Shown here: in pieces, positions 1-12,000 of the stretch | Numbering within the stretch: position 1 is the stretch's first letter | How the letters are laid out: each line of letters begins with the position of its first letter | DNA from: Barthelona sp. PCE | Lineage: Eukaryota | NCBI GenBank assembly: GCA_040285745.1 | Contig: JAUFOR010000002.1 | Coordinates: 558,001-622,000 of the forward strand | Reading direction: 5' to 3' | DNA length: 64,000 nucleotides | Notes under the pieces: generated by a model | Database searches by the model: none | The model's input: the letters and a program-made list of their open reading frames with translations, nothing else | What the model was told of the DNA's origin: nothing | Program-made: the position numbers and the translations under genes

Positions 1-3000
1 AGCATCTAGTTGACAAGAAGCAATACCGAATAGTGGTGTCTCATTCAAGAACTCATCAGTGACTTCATCAACAGAAATAAGAGGAGCATCACGAAGGAAA
101 ACGTTTGTGTAACGAGAAGAAACGCAAACAGCTTTGTAAAAACCAAAATCTATGGATCCATCTAATTGGAAACGGGAACATGGGTTCTCTCCAAGACAAA
201 GATGTAAGTTATGAGCATACAGGAATGCTCGTGCAGCAAAGAATGCTAAATCAGGCTTAATTGAAACAATAAGAAGAACACAGACGAAAAGAGGTAGATC
301 CTTCAACTCATCCGGCATTTCAGCCAGATCAATCCACTCAGCATTGAGCCAGTGGTCAATAAGGCCATCTTCGATTGCATCAAACACTGATGAATCAACC
401 ATATCCTTTAGATAAGTGGTCATCATATCAAAACCATCAGGAGCTTGAAGCAGACTGTGGAAAAGATCAAGCTCCTCTTCTGCGATAAGGTATAAGTTGG
501 TACAGAACTTGAGAGCAAATACCATGCGCTGATGAATTGAAGGAATACGTGTAAACATATTTTCTATAAATGTATTAAGCATTGAAACACGAATAGTTGA
601 ATCAAGAACCACCTTCCCTTCAGGCATCTCTTTGAAAGCATCCAAAATGATCTTATAAACGCCCTTAAGGTTTGGTATAAGATAGAACATCTTAGAACGG
701 TTCATAACATGAACTAAAGCCTTCAAACCACTACCTACAATATGTGCATAATACTTGTATCTGCGAATTACACGGTTCTTAACAGCCAACAGATACGCCT
801 TTGCAAATGCTTGACTATCACGACAATCACTCAGTTTCTTGCACTTCTCGGAGAAAACTGAAAGCGTCTTCTCAAGCATTTCCACGTTAAGCTGGCGTGA
901 TGCACTTACAACATACTGTAATGCCTCACGCTCCAGACGTGTCTCTTCACGAGCCGCATTAAAGATAACTGCAAACAGATTTTGAGCAATACCATACAAA
1001 TCAGGATCATGATGAGAACATAGATCAAAACAGACAACCTCAATCAGACTATCGAGCTCACAGTCCATGTTAATGAATGGGAAATCCGACAAACCACTGC
1101 TTAAAAACGATGTATGAGTCAATGGTTGAACGCATTGAATGATAACCTTGCAGTCTGCAACGAAATCAAAACGATTGTCACCAACCATCAGTCTATATGT
1201 CCTGTTCTTAATGACATGCAGTATATCCAGAATAATTGGTGCCAGTGATATGAGAAGATCAATATCTTTGATGACAGTAACCTTATGTTTGCAAACTGAG
1301 TTTATGAGTGCATCTCGCTGTTCGTTAACAGAAGAATACTTATACAATCCAATGTAATTCACATCAGTAAACAATGAATTAATTAGTTTCTCTGAGAAAT
1401 CAAAGGGATCAAAGATTGAAATCACACGTTCACCATAAAACGTTGAAATGAATGGAGAGAACTCCTCTAATTGAAGCAATAATGGCGACAAAAAAGGTGT
1501 CTCAGTAAAGAAACGGTTAAATAATTCAGCTACTCTTTTTGGTTCTGCTATTTGCTTCATATCCAACTTTTCTGTATTTCGAGTAGTTGAAACCATAGGT
1601 ACTGAAGTAATACTACGCTCAGTGGGTAAGGAACGTTGAGTTTTGCTACCACGACTAGTTGCAATATTGTCTCTTATACCCTCACCATCAAATAACTGAT
1701 CCATCTCCTCTGCAAGATCTATCGACTCCATAACTTCAACTGAATCATCGAATTGGATGCCACCAAGCTTTGTAGTATGCACATGTGTGTAAACTTCTGT
1801 GATAACTTCAAGAGAAAGGGGATACTGAACTTCATTGGGTTGAGGAACAAAAGCATCAAGAATATATTCGCGTATAACTTCGATGTTTAGCTGGAGTGCA
1901 TGCTTGAATGCCTTGTCGGAGTGAATAGCTGCTGAGTCAGATGCGACAATAAGCTGTTTTGACACCAAATCATTAAGACATGAGTGGAATAACTCAACAG
2001 AACTATCAATATCCAAACATGTTATAAGTGGCATCATGGCCACCAAAGCTGCGTGTAATAGATACTCAGGAGTCGTCTGCATACGTTTAGGCTTCTCCTC
2101 TTCAACTGGCTCAATGGAATTAACCATTTTGGCAGGGGTGGCGAATGATGTATCAACAATAAACGGTGTGCTGGGATCTGAGGCTGTTTCGGATAACGAC
2201 GTGGGATCACTCATGGTATTCGGACCAGCAGCAGACCACATACTTGATGGTGTATCCGGTACATCCTTTCGATCCACCTCCGGACAGATGTTACGGAATA
2301 GAGCTAGATAATCAAGCAACTTCTCCAGCAACATTAAGTTGGATCGCGTCTCAGACATCTCGTGATGCATCAAAGCAACATAATGGTAGTTCTTAACGAG
2401 TGCATCTGAGTGCATTTTGAGACGTTGAGTGTTTGATTCAATGGCTTGAGTGTTAGTCTGACTACGGGAATTCATCATATCACGATCACGAGTTGCCTCA
2501 TGATGAGTTAGTAATGCCTTCTCATGATTTTGAGTCATTTGCGCCCATTGAAGTGCACTACGAGCATATCTTCCCAATAATGGACAGAAAGAACGAGTTA
2601 ACATTGGCCCATCAAAATCTAGAGCATCCAACTTAGAAAGCAATTGTTCAATAAGAATGATTGGAAGTGTTGCTCCAAATGACACCAGAGACTCTACAAA
2701 ATGATCTATACGGATAATCATATTACGTAAATCCTTAAAGGCTGCGTTCTGAGAAAACTTACCTTCAACAATTGAAATGATGATACATGATAACTCATCA
2801 AGATGTTGGTTTTCACCTGAAAGCAAAAGCATTTCAAATGAATCTCGCTCGCCCAAATTATGCAATTCAGCGACAACAAGGTTGAACACTTCCTTTGCAT
2901 TGTTGAGCTCTTCTGAACATTCATCAAGTTGACTTTGTGCTCGATTATATTCTGCTTCAGAATTTTTGATATCTGTTTGGAACTTAACACTCTCTTCTTG

Positions 3001-6000
3001 TAAGGCATCCTTCCGTTGATGTTCTTCTCTCAACTTCTTGATATTCTTATCGAGCTCACGCTGTGTCTTCTCCAAAGTCATTGAGTAGTGTGTTAAATCC
3101 CGGTGACAAAGATTCATTGCTGTTTCTATCCAACGATAGTAACTCAACAATCCACGGGTCAGTTGGGTTTTCTCCTCAGTCATTGAGCGGTTGTAAAGTG
3201 CCAAATTAAAGAAGTTCTCAACAGTATGATTGAAGAACTGTTGCAATCCCAACGCATCAAATGTACCTGCCGTCACTGTACCAAAGGCCCATTGAGGCTG
3301 GAAGCTAAGACGGTTAGTATCAGGCATAATGATCTGTGCCTGAATGCGCTCGGTGAGTTTGATAAATGTATTAGCAAAGAAGTGACTGAAATCCTCACGC
3401 TGACGTGAGTTAACAATATGTGCCATCTTCTTAAAGTCCATTAATGATCTATGTAAGATTCTAGACAAACCTTGCTGGGCTACAGGAGAAAGAGACAGAC
3501 GATATTGTCGATCAAGAATGATGATAAGATCTGATACCACTTGCACAAAATCGCTTTTAGAATACCCTTGATGTTGGACAACAACTGTACGAGCGAAAAT
3601 GGGGATAAGTTGCTTCATTGAATTGGATTCAATGAAGAGTGAAGGTGGTATAACATTAACAAATGTTAGATTCTTTGAAACACGTTCCTTAATAAAGTCA
3701 ACGGTGTTCATACCCAGAGGGGTATATCTCTCAGCCCAAGATGTGAGCTCTTCCCTCTGATCATCAGTAAACAACAATGATTGACTGATTAAAGCATTGA
3801 ATTTCGTATCGGGATGGAAGGAATCAAGTAACGCAGCCGTAAGTCGGTTGGAAAACAACGGCTCTTGTCCACATCTTAACCAGAAGAACTGATTCAAAAC
3901 AACAATAGTTGACTTACCGTTGATAAGAACATCCTTAACAATTTCAAACAATTGATTAGTATCACCTAACTCAAGTTTGATGAGATGAAGGCGTTTCTTG
4001 TTGATATTAACAAACATACTGATCACAAATGATAAGAAATTCATTGCATCAAGCGAAATTGGTTTGATGAGAGTTAAGTGAAGATTGGGAGTATTTAATA
4101 CAATGCTCATAGATAATAAGAAAAGCATTTCACTTGGTGCTAAAGAGATTAATTTTTGAGGAGAATACTCATGTAATGCTCTGAACAAACGGAAACGAAG
4201 AAGATCATCGCGGGCTACCAAAACAAAATCACCACAATAAATATCATCATTAATCATCTTCTGATGTGACTGTGACTTGGCATCAAGTTCCATTGCTGTC
4301 TTGATATTAATAACACATAGAGTATCGTAAGAAGGGAGATGTTGAATAATATCACCGGAGTAGAAATGTGTGATTGCCTGTTCAATAAGGTTATTGGCAA
4401 ACATCAGCTCTCGACTAGACTGAAGGCGAGAAAGCCAAATAACCCTCAATAAGAATATGAAGAATGAAGCTAATGATGGGCCGAACATTGCTGGATTAGG
4501 TTTATGATGAACCATAACCGAAGCAAACAACCAAATGTGCTTCTCTGAGAAAGCATATGTTGGTGAAGCAACACTTTGTTTCAAGCCAGTCTTGAACTTA
4601 ACAAGTAAGAACTTAAACACTTCAAACGTTGTTCTAATGATTGAAACATGAGCAGAATCAGTTACACCCCACTTATTAACCAAGAATTGAACAGCTCTGT
4701 CAATTAACATAGCATGGGTAACATGAGGAAAGACTGTTGTGAAGAAACCGTCCAAATGTGAAACGAAACTGTGTAAATCATCACTGATTGGTTTTGAAAT
4801 TGGCATATCAAAATGTCCAATGGCACAGAAACTGGTACGCTCAAACCTAATATTCAAATTATCTTTGGGAAGATTCAAAACGTTGGAATTGGAAACGTTT
4901 TGAATGAGTAAGAGTACATCACTGGTTGCAAACTGAATGTTGTCAAAAATAATCCAGTAATGTTGTTTCTGTGATGCAGGGGCAATAAGATTACGCGACC
5001 AGTGAGGAATAAAGGTGGATAATGCTTGTTGAAGATCATATGCAGTTGTTGAAGGATAAATATCAAATCTGAACCTTAAAACCTCAACGTCTGCCTTTGC
5101 AAAGACTTCATCAATGAGTTTCAATGAATGAATGCGACTATCATAATTCGCAAAGAATAATCGATACGTTTTACCATCTTTGATAGGATGACGTTCTATA
5201 GCATCAGGTTCTGAGAAAAATATCTCAAAAATGTGCTCATACAGCATCTTTTCGTTTGGATGAAGTCCGGGTTCACCAATCTTAATGTAACTTTTCTCAA
5301 GATTATTCATCTCTACACCTTCCAGAATAACCTGATCAGATATGTCACGAGCACTGTCCATCTCACGGGCAGATTTGCGATGAGAACTCTTACGTCCACT
5401 GAGCTTGAGAGAAACATGTCCCATAGAATGCCCAGATCGAGATGTCATCTCCTCATTGACCAACAACGATGCACTAAGTCCTGATACCAACATGTTATCA
5501 ACACCAGTGTTAGCAGCCTGACCTTCAACTGCTATTTCGTACTTTTTAATAAATGAACGAACAGAATTTGAAATAGAGCTCTTGTTCACGCCCATCCTAT
5601 GACCATAGACATACATTAACCAAACAACAGCTTGTAATTTGTTAGGATGATCACGCAACTTATCCAAAAGTGTCCAAATGTTGTGCAAACGAGAGGAAGG
5701 AGGGAGAATGAATGATGTAAAAGGATTATAAAGATGTGATGCCTTTTGAAACATAGAAACTAAACTATTGATACCAACTCCAATTGCATCTGACTTCCCG
5801 AATCGCAATGAGAGATCTGACATTTCAACATGGTTCAACGCTCCAATCATTACACCATCAGAGATTTTTGCACCTTGTGACTCTGTAAAAGTGTAGACTG
5901 GATCCATGAATATGACTTCCTGATTAGCAATGAAGGGATATGAAGGAATATCACGGTCTGGTTCAGGGATCAATCTTGTGTTGATTTTAATACCTGAAAA

Positions 6001-9000
6001 CTTAGTGTGAAGCTTAATGCTATCCGACAAGCGGTTAACGCTGTTGACCGCAACAGGGCTGTGATTGGTGAGAATTGAAACAAATTTGACATTGACTTCA
6101 CAGCGGAAATAAAAACAATTACTAACAGCATAATTAATTGAATCCTTAAATACTGTAAGGAATGTTGTTGGAGCATCACAACAATAAACCACAACCAAAA
6201 CATTTGGTAAATCAACTAAAGTATCAACAAAACCCATTTCACGGACCTCTTCATTGATTGCTGATGCAATTCTGAATGATTCGTTCTTGGCATGAAGGAC
6301 AACTTCACCGTCAGATCCTAATTCGTTACTATTGAGGATCTCATGTTTGATTACTAGCGGGTGTTCATCATTTTGATGATAGTCACTCAGGTAGCGAGAA
6401 TACAATTGAATCACTGAATTACGAACGTCTACAAGACTGGATGTGTATGTGTACAAAACAACCATATCATTAAAGTGCAACTTAGAAGAAAATTTAATCA
6501 TAAAGTTAAGTAGACGGAAATTTTCATACAAATCAGTATTCAGAACCATATTCGTCCAAAAATTGAATCCTGGTTGCATTTTATAATTCTCAATGTTCTG
6601 ATAATATGGCGCAAAGTTCTCAAGAACACTTAATATTGACTTAATGTCAAAGAGTGAATGACGGAAAACATTGTGAGCCAACTGTGTGAAGTTATTCAAT
6701 GAAGCAGCGTCTTCCAAAAATTGGAATAAAACATATGCAAAAACACGCTTAACATACACAAACTGCACATCAGGAGAGCTGGAAGCAACACCTGTGGTTA
6801 CACTACATACGTGTTTAAATAAAGTGATTGTTCCTGCCATAATACGTCGAAGATTGTTACTGTTAAAGAACACAAGGATACCGTAAGCACGCAATAACCA
6901 ATAAATCTGATCCAAAAGAAGTGATACTTGATGAATAAAGCCATAAGTAAAGGGAATCACTTCCAAATATGGATACAAATCAAGTAAAAGATATAACAAA
7001 GAAGAACCACTGTGATTAAAGTGTGTGTCTAAGTTAATTGCTACGTAATCATCCTCTGGTAATACAAAGTTCGGGGTGTCACAACAGAAAACTGTACGAC
7101 AGTCGCTACCGTGAAACAAACTACTTACAAGACCTTGAGCAATTACAGGTAACTTATGGAAGTGCTTAAAACATGCAATGGTACCAGTCTTATACGCAGA
7201 AGGGATAAAAGGTCTGAGACGATCCAAAAATTCATCTAACAATAACTCACCATTCAGATTAGTAAATTCTTGAGCTAATGAAACACAATCAAAGATGTAA
7301 AACGGAGACATGCAGTAAAACAGAAAAGCAATACGCAGCTCTGGTAATATATTAATCATATCACCGTGTAACAGCACAATTCGTTTCCAAGAAAACGTTT
7401 TCCACATCATACGCATGACCTTGAACAAATCAGGAGTGAGAACAGGAGCAATGAGATTGGCAGTAATTGTGTGAGGGTGTTTAAGCTCAACACCATCAAT
7501 CACAATCAGAGAATCGGCCCATTTATAGGAAATTTCATTGATAAAGAACTCACCAGGCTTAATTGCCTCTGCGTTATTGCGAACAGGAGTAATAAGCTTG
7601 TGCTCTGTTGTGAGACTCATATCAACGCTGGATTCAGGAATTACAAAATCTCTTGTCATTGTGCTGGAGAAATCTAATGGACGACATGGAAGATCAGACT
7701 GATACTTACGGTCAAAATCTGAAGGATATCTCATGTCGACAGCAGAAAACTCACCAAGATAGGGAGTGATAATGCGTCGATAATGAGCATAAATACTACC
7801 ATCATCAATAACGTATATTGATGATAATTTAAGCTTGATTTTGTCATATAAAAACTTAATCTTCGCTCTGTACACCTTAGGCTCATCATTTGTTGTTATG
7901 TGCTTGAGATAATGTTGCAAATGGAAACGACACATGTAAATAGGATGGATTATACCATCAAAACTCTCAAGTTTCTCCCAAAAGTCTTCAACAGTCATCA
8001 CTAACATATCTGGATTGATCTTAATAAATTCTTGCCATTCATTTCGCACCCAACGTACAAATGCACTCATGAAACCACCAAAGAATCGTTCAACTGTATC
8101 CATTGGGAATATAGCTTGGGGAGCATCAAATGGAACAAGAATATTAGCCTGATCGATAAGATGAGTAATGTAATCTCCTTCAACCTCAAAACCGTTCGAA
8201 TTCGGACCTAACTGACAGTAAGTATGCTGAATAGCAAAATTCTCGGCAGAGACTCGTGAAAACAGATCTGGATGCACACGAAGTTTTTGAACAAGGATCG
8301 TAGACGTAGCCATCGACATGCTGCTTACATAACCAAGATAGACAGCACGTGAAACCCACTCTGGTTGGAGGTGAGGAACAATCTTTTTAACAAGAGAAAC
8401 ACTGTCGTCGTACAACTGACGTGCTTCTTCAATGATGTTCTGCTCAGCAGAATCCAGTATACAACGGAACTTTTGACACTTTGATTGGAAGTTCAAAAAA
8501 CGCACATGAACATCTGCAATATCTCTGTAAAGCTTATTATTTTCAAGGTTATACTTTGAATACTCGTATGAACAGAAGAATAACGTCTCCCAAATGGCGC
8601 TAGTGTTAAAAAGAATAACAAGCCAACGTCTAATTTGCTGCAACGAGATGGACCATGAACGCATACGACCTGCCAAACGAGAACTGGATAGAGAGAGTGC
8701 TTGGGCAATTGATTCAAGCGAAGAATTCAGTTTTTCAAATATTGGAAGTCTTCGACATACAACCTCACCTTCACATCCTTTCAAAAGCTCTGGGAAATGG
8801 AGCGCTTGTGCCCATGGTGAAGACTTAAATTCAAAATCTGACATAAAACTCAGATCAGAGAAGTAAGGAAGGTTGAACAAAAGCATGTGTTCACGTGTGG
8901 GATCATTGATAAGTAAATGTGGAACACGGTCGGCAAAAGCATCTCTAAACAGACACTTATCACGACAATCAAGTGCAACTGAAGATAAACTTATTTGTTT

Positions 9001-12000
9001 CAACAACCAATCACTCTCAAGTGAAGAGAGAATAACACCAGCTGTCTCCTCATCCTTTGCTTCCTGGATAATTTCCTTCAACCTGATGAATCCGCTTTCA
9101 TTATCAAAGAATGTCAACAGTAAAGTAATCACTGAGAATGACATTTGATTAGAGAAGTGAGATCCTGCAGAATTAGAGAGAAGTTGCCAATAATAATCAC
9201 TAAAACTACGCTTTTTCAAATTGATAAAAGCATTAAGCAATCTGAGTAACTCTTGAAGGTTATTTTTAAAGTAACCAGCTACATTTTGAACATTTTCACT
9301 CATCTCTTCCAGAGAATCAATGCAATCTTCAATGAACTCAATGTGATCCTTCAGATTCACCTCTTCAAATGAGATACTCTCAAACTCTTCACTTTCTGAG
9401 ATCATGGCCTCAAATAGATTCCACATGCGATCGTATTCACTTAACATATCTTGTGCAGCTTCTATGGTTACAAGTTGAAGTGATTTTGTGCTGATGAGTC
9501 GAAGATACCCTGAAATATCAACTCTTCTACTAGCCAATGACTCAGCTTCTGACAGCAGTTCGGTGAGAAGAGTACGTGCAGCGGTTACACCCTCATTGAA
9601 CTCTGTAGAGAAAATTGGACACTTAACGTTACCAAATGGTTCAAGTTCAAACACTCTATTTGAGAACTGCTCCAGCTGACTGTTCAACTCTATAACATTT
9701 GCTTCGACCTTTTGCACGAATGATCCCATAGATCTGGACACCTGCGTCTGAACAACCTGAATAGTGTTGTCTAATTGCGTTGTAAGACGCTCAGCACCAA
9801 CAATACACTTGTTTGCATGATTAACAGTGTCTTGTTCACCTTGCAATGAAGAGTGGTGCTCGAACAATTGTACAAGTTCAGTACAAAACTCAATGGTCGA
9901 CTTTAACCGCTTCTCGTTGAGTTTAAGGTCTCTGATACGACGTGTGAGATCCTGCAACGTTATTATACGTTGATCACCATCCGTCTTTTCCAGAGAACGT
10001 CGCATATCGTTGATCTGTTCGAGCTGATATGTTAAGTAATCATAAATATGCGTCGTGATGATACTAAGAGTGTTGGAAAGAAGTTTACGTAACTTGAACA
10101 CTACACCACTGAACTTTGCCTGCATACTGTCTTTGAATGCAGAAAGATCGTAAGTAACAAACATTATCACATCGTTATTTGTGATGTTGTACACAAGATC
10201 TGAAACTTGTTCAAGTAGGTCAAGCTTCGGTTCAAGCTGCTTAAAAAACTTCTCGCGATTGGCGACAACCTTAAACTTACTGAGTCTTCCACTTGTACCG
10301 TCAGACTTGCGCTCAATATCATCTACAACGCTCGCAATAGTATCCAACTTCAAAGTTTGTTGTAGCTTAACGCTATCAAACAAAACTCCGAATGTACTAT
10401 ACTTGTCAGAGATATATTCAAGCATCAGCTGTGCAAAATTGGCAATATTCGAATAAACACGACGTATTAGGGCATTGAGGGATGTGTTATTCCTCACTAA
10501 CATTATAACTGAATTACTTTCAATCTTATCCTCTTCTTCTTCAACAAGTTCAAATGCCTCATCATTAATACGTGGTGTTTTGAGTTCATATTCATCAAAA
10601 TGACCATCTTCACCAACAAGAGAACGGGGAACTTTGAGAACTGCAAACGAACGCAGCATGAGAGTTAACATTGTATCAACAAACACATCCAACTTAATCT
10701 TTGGATTGTCAACAACAGGTTTGCGATGCAAAATCGAATAGACTGTGAATGAATCCTCGCTCATTTCATATTCTACCTCACTGAATCCTACTGAGGCCAT
10801 AGATTTGCTGGACATCAAAACATCAGGCTTTGACTTCTCCAGGAGAGACAAAACACTTCCACCAACATGACTGTCGGGAATTGTGAAAATAAACTCACCT
10901 CGAAGGAATAGCTTACCAATTAGGAAAGTACCAGACTCTTGAGTATCAAGGAACGAGTGAAATTGTTGAAGAGTTATTGTCAAAAGTTCTGTGACCTTTC
11001 TAACCAAAAGGTCTTGTAGATATTGAAGGAAATCAAGCCAATAGTTATCTCCCTGTGTTAAGAACAAGATCTTACGAGCATTTTCAACCAACTCGCAAAG
11101 TTTAGCATTAAAATCCTCAAACATATCTTGCAAATGATGGAAATGACTTACATTGGCGTTTAAAATTTCATTCAAATCAGAACTTAGTGCTAATATGAAT
11201 ATACGATTGTCCTCACTGAGATTATCAAAAAATTTCTCAATGAAACGAATTACAGTGAAAAGAGCTTCAGCCTTCTTAGCCAAAACATCGATTGTAGTGT
11301 CAAACAAAGTACAGAAAGTGAGTGAACCTTGTGCCTGCCAAACAATATCGTTACATGCACTAAAAACACTTGTATTGGTCTTGTTAAGCTCATCCATCAG
11401 CAAATTTTCTAGTACTCTAACAAGATCAGGCAATATACAATTATATTTCCTGCATGATAAAGAAAGAACTGAACTGACATCATGAAACTGTTTAAAGAAC
11501 TTGGCAGTACGACTAACAATTGACGGAACACGTGAGTAAATCTGTGCACCAATGTTAACACCGTTCTTATGAACAACCAAATTTTCCAATAGTGATACAA
11601 ACTTGTGAGTGTGATAGAAAATAGTGCTTGCATTATCATCACAATTGATACATATCATACTGTGATTCTTACACAATAAAGGAGAAGAATAAAATTTCCT
11701 AATGACGTTCTCATTTGAGGTAAGATAATCTGTAAAGAGCTGAATGAATGTCAGCTGAAGATCAGCTGCCAATTCCATCTGTGAACGCAGACATCTGTTG
11801 ATTTCATCATAAAATACCAAAGGTACAACTGCACTGTCAATGATCAAATCGGCAGATTTCAAACTCTCTGCTGAATTCACATAAGGGGCTAGATCAACAG
11901 CCAGTTTCTTTAACTCATCACGAGTAGGAATCTCGTCCGTTGTGTGGGTTGATAGATATGACATATCAAGTTGTGAGAATGTATCTTCATAATCCATAAG

